A stretch of 64,000 nucleotides of DNA from an uncultured archaeon (GTDB taxonomy: Archaea; Thermoproteota; Bathyarchaeia; Bathyarchaeales; Bathycorpusculaceae), in assembly GCA_963782915.1 (NCBI GenBank), contig CAWALK010000022.1, positions 265,098 to 329,097 of the forward strand. Direction: 5' to 3'. The notes under the pieces are model-generated. The model had not been told where the DNA came from. It was given only the letters and a program-made list of their open reading frames with translations, and did no database searches. Both the position numbers and the translations under genes were made by a program. Below, in pieces: positions 23,086 through 33,532 of this stretch. Positions within the stretch are counted from its first letter, which is position 1. Every line of letters begins with the position of its first letter.

Positions 23086-24414
23086 TTGCCCCCAGTTTTA
23101 CACCTAACACCCATAGAGGTGGATACCGACGAGAAACGCTCAAAAATCAGCGTTGCCGTCGTCGGATGTGGGCACAAAGGAATCTTTTATGCCAACGCCT
23201 TTGCAGACGCAGGCTACAGAGTAATCTGCACGGATGCTGATGCTAGCGTTGTTAAGAAAATAGCAAAAGGGAAAACTGGGTTTGTAAACCCTGAAGCTGA
23301 AGCCAAACTAAAAAGCCACATAGCATCCGAAAAAATTGATGTTACAAGCGAACGCAAAAAAGCTGTTTCTCAAAGCGACATAATAGTCATAGCCATCACC
23401 GCCAAGGTGGATGAGCAGAAAAAGAACGATTACACAGGCGTAATCAGCACCAGTAAACAGGTTGGGGCAGCCATGCATCAAGGTACGCTTGTGATTTACG
23501 GTGGCATCGCAGGTTTAGGCTTCACTGAGGGAACAATGAAGGAGCTGCTGGAGAATACTTCTGGGTTTAAAGCTGGAATCGATTTCGGTTTAGCATACAG
23601 CCCCATCCTAAACGCCACTGTTTCGCTTGGGGATTTGGAGCTTAAGGTTGCAGCAACTGACCAAACCAGCCTCGAAGCCGCAGCCACCATCCTTAGAACC
23701 CTAACAAGTAACGTACGGGAAGTCAGCGACCTAAAAACCGCAGAAACAGCCGCACTATTCACAGTTGCCAAACAGGACGCAGCAACCGCATTAACCAACG
23801 AATTAGCAGTGTTCTGTGAAACAGCAAAAATCGACTACTTCAAAGTCCTCGACACCCTCAACCTAAACAACCCAAGTTTCCGCCCAACCATCGCCGAAGA
23901 AGAAAACAAAAATGAAGCCTACCTCCTACTCGAAGCAGCCGAAAACTTAAACGTTAAACTTAAAGTTGCAGCATTATCCAGACAAATCAACGAGGACATG
24001 GTTAAGCACGCTGTGAATTTGACGCAGGAAGGGCTGCGAAACTGTGGCAAAAGTTTGCGGCGGGTGAAAGTAGCTGTTTTAGGTCCAGTAACTCCAGCTT
24101 CAGATGCGAGCGCTTTTGTAGCGTTGCTTGAGCAGAAAGGCGCCAAAGTAGCGCTCTATGATCCAACCTCAAAGAAGGAAACACTGGATTCAGATGCAGT
24201 TAGATCAAATCTTAATGAGGCTGTGGAAGGCGCTGACTGCATCGTTGTGTTATCAACTAAGGAACAGTTTAATCATTTGAACTTAAAGAAGCTCAAAGCA
24301 TTGACAAAGAATCCTGCGGTTATTGTGGATTTAGTTGGCAAATTTGAGCCTGCGCAGGTGGAAACAGAAGGATTCATATATTCTGGATTGGGAAGAGGAA
24401 CTGACCAGAAATGA
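23086..24414 (+). CDS. Nucleotide-sugar dehydrogenase homologue (WecC/WbpA-like) lacking catalytic motifs
   Basis: GCGHKG Rossmann motif; LENTSGFKAGIDFGLAYSP; family C-terminal domain. No GGxC motif. Confidence 0.8.
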   Translation: MPPVLHLTPIEVDTDEKRSKISVAVVGCGHKGIFYANAFADAGYRVICTDADASVVKKIAKGKTGFVNPEAEAKLKSHIASEKIDVTSERKKAVSQSDIIVIAITAKVDEQKKNDYTGVISTSKQVGAAMHQGTLVIYGGIAGLGFTEGTMKELLENTSGFKAGIDFGLAYSPILNATVSLGDLELKVAATDQTSLEAAATILRTLTSNVREVSDLKTAETAALFTVAKQDAATALTNELAVFCETAKIDYFKVLDTLNLNNPSFRPTIAEEENKNEAYLLLEAAENLNVKLKVAALSRQINEDMVKHAVNLTQEGLRNCGKSLRRVKVAVLGPVTPASDASAFVALLEQKGAKVALYDPTSKKETLDSDAVRSNLNEAVEGADCIVVLSTKEQFNHLNLKKLKALTKNPAVIVDLVGKFEPAQVETEGFIYSGLGRGTDQK

Positions 24415-25363
24415 CTAAACTTGGCGTTGCAGTTATCGGAACGGGGCAGTGGGGTAAAAACCACGCCAGAGTCTACAAAGAATTACCTTCGACTGAACTT
24501 GTGGCAGTATGTGACGTTAATGCTGAGCGAGCAAAAGCGATGGCACAGCAGTATGGTGTCAAAGCCTACTCAGACAGCACCGAGATGCTCAAAGACAAAG
24601 ACATCCAAGCCGTAAACGTCTGCACATGGTCCACGATTCTTAGCTCAGGAAGCTATGAAGGTACTAAACGCAGGCAAACATGTGCTTGTCGAGAAACCCA
24701 TGGCAACCAACCCCGAACAGGCACGACAACTTGTTAAAACCGCCGAAGAAAACGGTCTTCACTTAACCGTTGGCTTCCTCATGCGTTTCATCCCCGGATT
24801 GCAACATATCCGCCAATCAGTTGAGAACAAAAAAATCGGCGAACTCGTCTGCGTCACCGCAAAACGCGTCTCCCAATGGCCCGAACGCATAGGCGACGTC
24901 GGAGTCGTCAAAGACACCGCAATACACGACATAGACGTCATGCGCTATCATATCCAAACAAGACCCAGTCTCTGTCTACGCTAAAATGGGCAGCAAAAGA
25001 ATACAGAAATTCGAAGACTACGCCCACATAATGCTCACCTACGAAAACGGCGAATCCGCATTCATCGAAACCAACTGGCTAACACCCTACAAAACCCGCA
25101 CACTCATCGCCACAGGCACTGAAGCCATAATGCGCCTAGACTACAACACACAAGACTTCTGGATAGAAGAAAAAACCCAAAGCATCCAACCACGGCTGCC
25201 ATTCCAAGAACCCCTAAAAGCCGAGCTTCAACACTTCGTCGACTGCATCGTAGAGAAAAAGAAGCCCATAGTAACAGGTGAAGACGGCGTCAAAGCCTTA
25301 GAAGTAGCCACTGCAGCAATGGAGTCCTCTGCCAAAAACACAGCGGTACAATTAAAAAGATAA
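24411..25363 (+). CDS. Gfo/Idh/MocA oxidoreductase (UDP-sugar 3-dehydrogenase-like; two frameshifts)
   Basis: GTGQWGKNHAR, GKHVLVEKP, VGFLMRF, DTAIHDID, EPLKAEL. Confidence 0.88.
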
Positions 25364-25374
25364 AAAGAAAATAT

Positions 25375-25644
25375 TTATTTTAGGTTGAATGGTTTGCCTT
25401 CAGAAACAGTTTTTTCTGGGGCTTTTTCCTTCCATTTCTTCAAGAACGGCAAATCGTCTGCTTCTTTGCGAAGTTCGTCTGGGAGCATTTCTGGGATTTC
25501 TTCGCGGATTGGGTACCAGCGGTTGCATTTTGGGCAGACAATTATGCCTTCGACGATTTCGTCTTTTTCTTCGAAGACGGTGAGTTCAAGCGGATGATAC
25601 TTGTCGATTGGGCAAGCGAGGATGTCCATTAGTTTGCGTTTCAT
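25375..25644 (-). CDS. Trm112-family methyltransferase activator
   Basis: MKRKLMDILACP...CPKCNRWYPIREEIPEMLP. Confidence 0.9.
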   Translation of the reverse strand: MKRKLMDILACPIDKYHPLELTVFEEKDEIVEGIIVCPKCNRWYPIREEIPEMLPDELRKEADDLPFLKKWKEKAPEKTVSEGKPFNLK

Positions 25645-25681
25645 GTGAATTCAACAAAGAGATAGGTAAGGGTTTGTGTTA

Positions 25682-26545
25682 TTAAGATTTGCTGGATATA
25701 GCGGCTACTTGGATATCTAGTACTGTTTGGTACCAGTTTGGTCCTGTGCTGCGGATTATGCGGGAACACGCAAACATGTAGGGGACGCCTAAGCTGTCGA
25801 GTTTCTCAGCGACTTTCCGCTCTGTTTTTTCCGTGGGATCCTCCTTGCCGGGGGCATGTTGGAAATCGTAGTAGTGTATCCATCCACCCGTTTTTTTAAG
25901 CGCTGAGACTGCGGCGGGGAGGTATTCAAGCGCTTTTTCTGGGAGAAGCATCAACACGCGGTCAGCGACTCCCTGTAGCTTTGTTTGGGCTATGTCTTGT
26001 GAATCTCCAAGCAGTGGCTCAACCCTACCGAAGACGCGGTTTACCCGAATGTTTTCTTGCATGAATTGATAGGCGGTTGGGTTAATGTCGATTGAGTAAA
26101 CTTTGGTTTCAGGTACGGTTTTGGCTATGATTATGCTAAAGCAGCCGACGCCCGCGAACATGTTAACGACTGTTTCATGGGGCGAGACTTGGCTGGCTAT
26201 GCGTAGACGTTCATGTTTGAGTCTTGGTGAAAAATAGCATTTCTCTATGTCCACTGAGAAGATGCAGCCGGCTTCTTTGTATTTAGTGACGGTTCTGTTT
26301 TCGCCCGCGAGCAACGTTAATTCTCGGGTGCGGTGGTCGCCTTTTATTGGGCTTGTTTGAGAAAACACTGTTTTTACGCCCTTATGAACCGCCATAATTT
26401 GCCTTGCAACCGCTTGTGCATCTGAGGCGTTGTTGGGGGCTTTGATGATGGCTATGTCGCCCACTACGTCAAATGAGCTGTAAACTTTGCTTAAGCCTTC
26501 TGGTGATAGTGCGTTTGTAAGCTTTTCTTTAAGGCGGACTCTCAA
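25682..26545 (-). CDS. Trm5/Taw2-family SAM-dependent tRNA methyltransferase
   Basis: FDVVGDIAI, YFSPRL, NMFAGVG, DINP. Confidence 0.85.
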   Translation of the reverse strand: MRVRLKEKLTNALSPEGLSKVYSSFDVVGDIAIIKAPNNASDAQAVARQIMAVHKGVKTVFSQTSPIKGDHRTRELTLLAGENRTVTKYKEAGCIFSVDIEKCYFSPRLKHERLRIASQVSPHETVVNMFAGVGCFSIIIAKTVPETKVYSIDINPTAYQFMQENIRVNRVFGRVEPLLGDSQDIAQTKLQGVADRVLMLLPEKALEYLPAAVSALKKTGGWIHYYDFQHAPGKEDPTEKTERKVAEKLDSLGVPYMFACSRIIRSTGPNWYQTVLDIQVAAISSKS

Positions 26546-26623
26546 CTGTATATCCTCATTGTGCGATAGTATTGGAAATGTTTAAAAGTAAAATGCTTTT
26601 CTTTGTAGGACAGGCGTTTCCAT

Positions 26624-26785
26624 ATGGAAAAATCTGGAATTGTTTACGAATGCATGAGATGCGGTTCAAGAGTACCAACTGAAGAATTAGAGTTAAGAGG
26701 CGGAGAAACCAAATGCATCATCTGCGGATACAGGATTCTCAAGAAAGTTAAGCCGCCAGTTGTTAAACGGGTTCAATCAAAATAA
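26624..26785 (+). CDS. rpoP: DNA-directed RNA polymerase subunit Rpo12 (P)
   Basis: Not in the ORF track: MEKSGIVYECMRCGSRVPTEELELRGGETKCIICGYRILKKVKPPVVKRVQSK*. Confidence 0.92.
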   Translation: MEKSGIVYECMRCGSRVPTEELELRGGETKCIICGYRILKKVKPPVVKRVQSK

Positions 26786-26796
26786 GATTGGGATAA

Positions 26797-26822
26797 CTCG
26801 TGCATTTGCACGAGCACTTTTG
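26797..26822. terminator. Hairpin plus T-tract between convergent genes
   Basis: CTCGTGC-ATTT-GCACGAG followed by CACTTTT. Confidence 0.45.
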
Positions 26823-26841
26823 TTTCTAAAAATTTTTGTTT

Positions 26842-27156
26842 TTAGTAGAAGTCTTGGTCTCCAAGTTTCCTTAGCGCTTTTCCCTTCAGCTTAACGGCAG
26901 AGTTGTCTTCTTTATCTTTGAAGAAATCGTCGTCTAAATCATGTTCAGCGGTTTGACGTTTAACGGTTTCACCGCAGATTGCGCCAGGCAACATACGCCG
27001 CTTAAAGCACATGGAATATGTGCATTTTGCTACGCTGCATGGTTCTTCTCCATCTCTGCACCAAACTGAGTCGCGCCTAAATACGGCTGAGTTTTTGCCG
27101 CATTTAAAAGATTGACATGTTGGAGAACAAGGTTTTGTTTGAGCCAACAGATACAC
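26842..27156 (-). CDS. Small Cys-rich hypothetical protein
   Basis: Eight Cys in ~60 aa; SD-like GAGGTG. Confidence 0.6.
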   Translation of the reverse strand: MYLLAQTKPCSPTCQSFKCGKNSAVFRRDSVWCRDGEEPCSVAKCTYSMCFKRRMLPGAICGETVKRQTAEHDLDDDFFKDKEDNSAVKLKGKALRKLGDQDFY

Positions 27157-27250
27157 CTCAATGATAAAATTTTTGATGGTTTGTGTGTTTCTTGTTTTTC
27201 TTATTGTTCTTTAGATACAATATAAACTTTTTTCCAATTAAGAGGAGAAA

Positions 27251-29365
27251 TTAGGTTGCAGATGGGGTAGCTGGTTTAGTTTTTCGTCGTCGGTAGACTT
27301 CTACTGCTACAAAGAGAACGGCAATGACCAGTATTATGATGATGGTTATGAGTGTGCTTGCCTGTGTTAGCATTCCGCCGATTGAGACGTATTTGTCTAG
27401 TTTTATCTGTACGGTGGTGGGTTCGTTGACGTTTACTGTTATGGCTTGTGAGGCGTCCTGTGTGCCTTGGGCTTGGGCGATGATTTGCATGTTTCCGCCG
27501 ATGATGTTGTCAAATGTTGCGATTCCGTTGCCTTGCGTGGCTGCTGTGGCTTTTGCTGCTCCGTTGAGGGTTACGTTAGCGTTTGGTATGGGTGAACCGA
27601 AGAAGTCAACGACTGAAACGGTTAGTTGGATGCCGTAGAGTGTGCATTGGATTTGTTGTTGGTTGTCGTTGAAGACTTGTAGGCTTGTTTCGTTGACTAA
27701 TGAGTTGTCTTTGTAGATTCTGAGGCGGTACATTCCAAAGGTTGCTTGTGTTGTGGCTACTCCGTTGCTGTTGCTTGTGGTTGAGTAGAATAATCCGTTG
27801 GAGAGTTCTACGAGTTCTACGCGGGCGTTCTGTACTGCTTGGTTATCGTGGCCTTTTATGGTTAATGTTACGTTTTTGCTTGGGCAAATAATTGTAGCTT
27901 GTGCTGTTGGTTGATCGGTGTAGCTGTTGAAGGTGTTGTTTGCTCCACTGAAGATTTGCCCATAGAGTGAAGCATCGATAGTGTATGTTGCTCCGGCTAT
28001 GGTGGATGTTAATGTGTAGGTTCCTGATGGGTCGGTTTGTCCTGTGGAGGATCCGCTTTTGGATATGCTGCCGCTTTGGTAGCGGTAAGAGATGGCTAAA
28101 TCAACAAAGGGCATTGGGATGCCATCTTGGGTTTTAACTGTAACTTTTAAATTGTTTAGTTGGCAACGAATTGTAAATGCTCCATCGCCGGTGACTGTTA
28201 TGTTTGTTTGGCCGATGTTAACGTCGTTCCAGTAGGCGACGACACCATGTGGACCTTTTTCAAGGCCAAAGTTCGCTATACCTGCCGAGTTGGTTGTTGC
28301 GTTAGATTCTGTGCCCGTTACTGAATCGGTAACTCGAATATTAATGCCTGAAATAGCTGATCCTGCCAAGTTGGTTGCTTCTATATTTACGCTGTAACCG
28401 ACGACCGTGAAGGTTTGTTGGTCTGGCACTGTTTTTTGGGTGCCGGTTGGAGTGATTTTTACGGTGCAGTCGCCGATTGGGGCGTTAGAGGATACTGTCC
28501 AAGAGGTGGAGATTACACCGTCTGCTGAGGCTGTGGTGGATATTGTATCAAGAGTTTCGCTTGTCTTGACGCTGGTAATTGTTATTGTGGCAGCTTGGTT
28601 TGCTTCATAACCGGCTGCGCGGATGCTTGCTGTTTGTCCTCGGTGATATGTTGTTGAATCGAGGATGTTAGCGCTGAATTGTGTTGAGGCTAAGGTGGAG
28701 TTGAAGGTGACTTTGTATGTGCCAGCAGCTAAGGTGTCGCCTGCTGGGGAAAAGCTGCTGCCTGGAAGAGTAATATCTGTGCTGGCGGTGCCTTTTACGT
28801 TTGGGGTTCCTAAGGCTACGGTTGAGGTATAGCTTGTACCGCTTGGAGAGGTAACTACTATTTTTGCGCCATAAGAGGTGCCCAGTGAACCGCCGGTAAC
28901 TGCGGCAGTTAAGGTAACAGTGTTGCCCTCCTGTACTGTTGATGGAGAAGCAGTGACTGAGTAACCGATGCTAACTGTGAATTGGTCAGATGCGTTAACG
29001 TTGATTTTTGTGTCTCGTAGTATTAGTGCGTAGGTTGCTGCGGGTAGTTCGGGAACGGTAAAGTTTGTATCTACGTAGTATCCGTCTGCGGTTCCGCTTG
29101 CAACCAGGGTTTTACCGATGAATATTTGGTAGGAGCCGTTTGAAGTGTAAATGGTGCCTAGCAAGTTGCAACTTGTTCCCATGGCTCCGCTTTTTGAGTC
29201 TGGGGTAACTTGGAGAATGTTTAGATCCAGACCTTTGACTAGCGGCCCCATAGGTGCTAATACCAATGCAAATGCGACAAAGAATAGAAGGGTTACTGCA
29301 ACAATTTTGTGGTTCAAACGTCTCTGCTCTCCCGAGTTAAGATAGCTTAATAGCTTAATGCTCAT
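27251..29365 (-). CDS. Cell-surface protein with Ig/carboxypeptidase-regulatory-like repeats and a C-terminal membrane anchor
   Basis: Signal peptide, Thr/Ser-rich beta repeats (TNSAGIANF, TDPSGTY), TM followed by RRRK. Confidence 0.85.
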   Translation of the reverse strand: MSIKLLSYLNSGEQRRLNHKIVAVTLLFFVAFALVLAPMGPLVKGLDLNILQVTPDSKSGAMGTSCNLLGTIYTSNGSYQIFIGKTLVASGTADGYYVDTNFTVPELPAATYALILRDTKINVNASDQFTVSIGYSVTASPSTVQEGNTVTLTAAVTGGSLGTSYGAKIVVTSPSGTSYTSTVALGTPNVKGTASTDITLPGSSFSPAGDTLAAGTYKVTFNSTLASTQFSANILDSTTYHRGQTASIRAAGYEANQAATITITSVKTSETLDTISTTASADGVISTSWTVSSNAPIGDCTVKITPTGTQKTVPDQQTFTVVGYSVNIEATNLAGSAISGINIRVTDSVTGTESNATTNSAGIANFGLEKGPHGVVAYWNDVNIGQTNITVTGDGAFTIRCQLNNLKVTVKTQDGIPMPFVDLAISYRYQSGSISKSGSSTGQTDPSGTYTLTSTIAGATYTIDASLYGQIFSGANNTFNSYTDQPTAQATIICPSKNVTLTIKGHDNQAVQNARVELVELSNGLFYSTTSNSNGVATTQATFGMYRLRIYKDNSLVNETSLQVFNDNQQQIQCTLYGIQLTVSVVDFFGSPIPNANVTLNGAAKATAATQGNGIATFDNIIGGNMQIIAQAQGTQDASQAITVNVNEPTTVQIKLDKYVSIGGMLTQASTLITIIIILVIAVLFVAVEVYRRRKTKPATPSAT

Positions 29366-29471
29366 GTGTAGCCCAGTGATGATTTTAAACTTTATCCCAA
29401 AACTGCATTTTGCACAGGGATTTTTAAAAGGCAGTGTTTTCTTAGTCTAACAGAAAATTCGGTGTAGAGTC

Positions 29472-30434
29472 TTGGAAGAAACTGATGCATCTCCGCTCCT
29501 AGCTTCATTAAAAAAGCAAAAATACCACCTAATCGGGGCACATTCAGCGGTGAAAAGATGCAAATGGCTCTACGAATCCATAGTCAACAATAGACCCTGT
29601 TATAAACAGAAATTCTACGGCATACAATCCCACCGATGCATCCAGATGACGCCCTCGCTTTACTATTGCACTCAGCAGTGCCTGTTTTGTTGGCGGGCAC
29701 AAAGCGGCGACATGGAAACCAAATGGGATGAGATGCGAAACCCCAACAAAGACACCCCCGAAGAGATAGTTGAGGGCTGCTTTAAAGCTCAAGCAAAAAT
29801 TATTTCAGGCTACAAAGGCAACGAGAAGACGGATTGGCGCAAATTCCAAGAGGCACAACGACCCAAACAAGTCGCTATAAGCTTGACTGGAGAACCTACA
29901 CTCTATGAGCCACTGGGCGATTTGATTGGGCAATTCCGTCAGAAGGGCTTAACTACTTTTTTGGTTACAAACGGAACTTTGCCCTCGAAGCTTTCCAAAC
30001 TTAGCCATGAACCCAGCCAACTTTATGTTTCTCTTTGCGCACCCAACGAAGAAGTCTACAATAAAGTCTGTCGACCACAGTTCCCCCATGCATGGGCTAA
30101 ACTAAACGAGACATTGGAGACTTTGCAGAGTTTCCGTTGCCCAACCGCAGTACGCATGACGATGGTTAAGGACCATAACATGAACCTAATCAACCAATAC
30201 GCCAAATTAGTTGAGAAAGCAAACCCCACCTACATCGAGATGAAGGCTTACATGCATATTGGCTTCTCGAACCTCCGTTTAGGCTTCGACCAAATGCCGA
30301 TGCATCATGAAGTAAAGGATTTTGCAGCTCAGTTGGCTCAAGCAACGGGGTATAAGGTTATCAATGAGGCACCTGAGAGTCGAGTGGTTTTGCTTAGTAA
30401 GCTTGAGAAGCCCATTCAGTTGGGCAGCAGTTAA
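29472..30434 (+). CDS. taw1: 4-demethylwyosine synthase (radical SAM)
   Basis: HSAVKRCKW, CYKQKFYGIQSHRCIQMTP, CTQQCLFCWR, SLTGEPTLY. Confidence 0.95.
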   Translation: MEETDASPLLASLKKQKYHLIGAHSAVKRCKWLYESIVNNRPCYKQKFYGIQSHRCIQMTPSLYYCTQQCLFCWRAQSGDMETKWDEMRNPNKDTPEEIVEGCFKAQAKIISGYKGNEKTDWRKFQEAQRPKQVAISLTGEPTLYEPLGDLIGQFRQKGLTTFLVTNGTLPSKLSKLSHEPSQLYVSLCAPNEEVYNKVCRPQFPHAWAKLNETLETLQSFRCPTAVRMTMVKDHNMNLINQYAKLVEKANPTYIEMKAYMHIGFSNLRLGFDQMPMHHEVKDFAAQLAQATGYKVINEAPESRVVLLSKLEKPIQLGSS

Positions 30435-30633
30435 CCAAGTCATATTTGGGTCTAATCGAAGCGCTATGCTGAAAATATATGCAGGTAGTTAACGCACACT
30501 TTTTACTGTTAATACAGTTGTAAATCGGTTATAGTCGGTCCGCTCATGTACATACCAAGAGGATTTGGATAAAAATTTAAATAGCCATTTCAAGCCATTA
30601 ATAATTCTAATAATAACCAAGCGGTAACCACAC

Positions 30634-30816
30634 ATGGTAAGCGAAGGAAAAGGAAGACTGTTTCGAAGAAAAGACGGCAAATACCTAGTCTATCTGCCCA
30701 AAGACTTAGCGGAAGACAGCATGTTTCCATTCAAAGGCTCAGACACAATCTTTGTCAAAGTCAGTTTCGCACTTGGCGACAGCAAACTGATGGTTGAAAA
30801 GTGGGCCCAAGAATAG
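30634..30816 (+). CDS. Small AbrB-like hypothetical protein
   Basis: KYLVYLPKDLA...VKVSF...LMVEK pattern. Confidence 0.6.
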   Translation: MVSEGKGRLFRRKDGKYLVYLPKDLAEDSMFPFKGSDTIFVKVSFALGDSKLMVEKWAQE

Positions 30817-30869
30817 GCAAACCATATTTTTAGAAATTAAAATAAACAACCCAAACCAATTCTATTTAG

Positions 30870-31551
30870 TTGGTGCATTTCTTGTCATCCCTAGAAAATG
30901 TTATTTCACAAATCAAAACCGACCTCATGGCTAACAACGAAGTCCGCGAGGAAACCCATGAGAGCATGCGTAAAGCCACAAGCCTCTCCAAACAAGCAAT
31001 ACTGCTAATCCACCAGAAGAGGCTCTCTGATGCTGAGCAGATGGTTGCGAATGCTAAAGAAATTATATCCAGTCTGCAAACAAAAGCGGAAGAGTGCCCC
31101 GCAATCATTTATGGTGGCATGTTTAGCGCCGCTTTGCAAGAATACGCAGAAGCCAATATTCTCTTGATTTTGGTGAAGGAAAACAGGTTTCTTACACCCT
31201 GCCGAAATAAGCGTACCCCCAGTCGATTACGTCTTGGGTTTAGCGGATGTCATTGGCGAATACAGGCGGCTTGCTTTGGATAGCCTGCGGGATGGCGAAG
31301 TTGAAAGGGGCGTGCGGTGCCTTGAAATTATGGATCAAGTCTTCATCCAACTCTTAGCCCTCGACGAAGCTTACATGCTCGTGCCAGGGCTCCGACATAA
31401 ATCTGACATTGCAAGACGCATAATCGAATCTACACGCGGCGACATCACATTGGAAGTTCGACGGAAATCGCTTGAGGATTACCTCAAAAAGTTCACGCCC
31501 CCAGAAGCCGAAGCTAAAGGCGGGCGTAAACGGGCGAAGGCTAAAGAATAG
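30870..31551 (+). CDS. Translin-family protein (frameshift ~31200)
   Basis: ALQEYAEA and YVLGLADVIGEYRR motifs. Confidence 0.88.
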
Positions 31552-32211
31552 TTGCCTAAACTGCCCTCTAATTTTTCAATTAAAAAAGCGCATGACATAC
31601 AAGTTTGCTTATCCAAACGGGTTATTCGTGAGGATAAGCTGCCCAAGCAAATCCGTACGGTCGGCGGAGTAGATGTTTCCTACGTTGGCGACTTGGGTGT
31701 TGGGGCAGTAGTAGTTCTTGATTACGAAACGCTTGAGATTCTTGAGACAACGGTGGCGACGTGTCCAGTTAAGATGCCCTATGTGCCGACGCTACTGTCG
31801 TTTCGGGAGCTCCCGCCTGCCATAGCAGCCATTAAGCAATTGAAAGTGCAGCCTGATGTGTTTTTGGTTGACGCACAGGGCTATGCGCATCCGTATAGGT
31901 GCGGGTTTGCCAGCCATCTGGGATTGGCATTGGGAAAGCCGACGATTGGAGCTGCAAAGAGCAGGTTAATCGGCGAACCCACCGAACGTGATGGCAGGAC
32001 TGTTTTGGTGGATAAGGGTGAAGTAGTCGGTGAAGTAGTGACTACAAAGCAGGGTGCCAAACCAGTCTACGTAAGCATCGGGCACATGGTATCCCTCGAA
32101 ACCGCTGTCCAAATCGTGCGCCACTGCTCAAAAGGCAGAATCCCAGAACCGCTACTTTTAGCACACAACTTAGCAACAAAAACAAAACTGGAACTCCCAG
32201 CACAGGCATAG
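31552..32211 (+). CDS. nfi: Endonuclease V
   Basis: GVDVSY, PYVPTLLSFRE, VDAQGYAHP, GAAKS, VSIGH, PEP. Confidence 0.95.
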   Translation: MPKLPSNFSIKKAHDIQVCLSKRVIREDKLPKQIRTVGGVDVSYVGDLGVGAVVVLDYETLEILETTVATCPVKMPYVPTLLSFRELPPAIAAIKQLKVQPDVFLVDAQGYAHPYRCGFASHLGLALGKPTIGAAKSRLIGEPTERDGRTVLVDKGEVVGEVVTTKQGAKPVYVSIGHMVSLETAVQIVRHCSKGRIPEPLLLAHNLATKTKLELPAQA

Positions 32212-32220
32212 AACCCATGG

Positions 32221-32502
32221 TTAGGCTATGATTGGAGGAAAAGTGTAGGGCAATATTGCGACAAGTGCGATAATAGAAATTATTACTGAGACAAACAGGA
32301 CAAGGATAAAATTCTTGGCTAAACGATACTCTTTATGACCATACAAGTTCTTAACTTCAAATGCGGCAAAAACCAAGACAATGACAAATAAAATCATAGA
32401 CACGAACAGGCTAACAGGACTATAATGTAAAATTCGAGTTAAAGGAATGATTAGGAAAATACTAACGATTGCTGATAGGATTATGCCTGCTTCCTTAAGC
32501 AT
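32221..32502 (-). CDS. Small 3-TM membrane protein
   Basis: Hydrophobic 93 aa ORF. Confidence 0.55.
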   Translation of the reverse strand: MLKEAGIILSAIVSIFLIIPLTRILHYSPVSLFVSMILFVIVLVFAAFEVKNLYGHKEYRLAKNFILVLFVSVIISIIALVAILPYTFPPIIA

Positions 32503-32589
32503 GAATCGATATTTGGAGGTTTAACTATAAAGCTTTTACAGCAAGTTAATATTTCCAGAGACAAATACTAGCGCTTAAGCGTGAGTTGC

Positions 32590-32955
32590 ATGGCAGAGGA
32601 AACTAAACCGACAGAAGAAAAGATGACTGAAGAAATAACCTTTGACTACTTCGAAAAACTCGACCTACGCGTCGGAAAAATAATTGAGGCAGTTGCGGTT
32701 CCTGCATCCAAGAAGCTTCTCCAAATGCAAGTGGACTTCGGTACAGAGAAACGCCAATGCATCGCTGGACTGCAGAAATACTACAAGCCCGAGGAATTGG
32801 TGGGCAAAAAATGCGTTTTCCTCCTTAACCTTCAGCGACGGATGATTGCAGGTTTGGAATCACAGTGCATGGTTATGGCTGCTGAGGACGCGGCAGGTGT
32901 TGTGTCTGTGTTGCAGCCTGAGAAGGATATTGCGGAAGGCAGCAAAATCGGATAA
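32590..32955 (+). CDS. tRNA-binding OB-fold protein (CsaA/MetRS C-terminal-like)
   Basis: FEKLDLRVGKI, KKLLQMQVDFG, ESQCM. Confidence 0.9.
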   Translation: MAEETKPTEEKMTEEITFDYFEKLDLRVGKIIEAVAVPASKKLLQMQVDFGTEKRQCIAGLQKYYKPEELVGKKCVFLLNLQRRMIAGLESQCMVMAAEDAAGVVSVLQPEKDIAEGSKIG

Positions 32956-33532
32956 TATAGACATAATATAAACCGACAACGTTACAATAGGTTTTTACCC
33001 CCTTAACATAGTCAAAGCACTTCAAAATGGCAAGCTTCATACCACTCGTAAATTCGAGAATAAGTCTGTAGCATTTGCAAGCACTCATGTAATAAACGTT
33101 AAATTGATAAAGTATTTAGTGGACAGGGAAATTAGTTTTTGACTGGCCCTAATATTGCAATCGTGATATAACTGCTCTGGAATAGCTGAATTGACTAAAT
33201 TTCTTTAAGTCTTTGAGGGCATAACCTTATTCGCGCAAACTTTTCAGTGTAATAATCATTCAATATTTGTAAATAATCCAATTCATGACCTTATTGTTAT
33301 AGTTTGCGAATACTCGTTAATTTTTTACAGAAGTCCCTCATTGAAGAACTATCGCAAAATTGTTATTTTTCTTAGTAGTGGCAGCATATATCCACGATCA
33401 GGCACGCCGATATCCATGAGCTTCTTATAAGTAAAATTTTCAAGATTGGTGGCAAAAAACCCGTTCATAACGGGAATTTAATGAACATATATCGGAGAGG
33501 TTGATAAACGAGCAATACACACCTTCTGAAAA

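Noticed and set aside
25375-30434. Trm112, Trm5 and Taw1 clustering as a novel system
   Set aside because: Known wyosine and tRNA-modification housekeeping genes.
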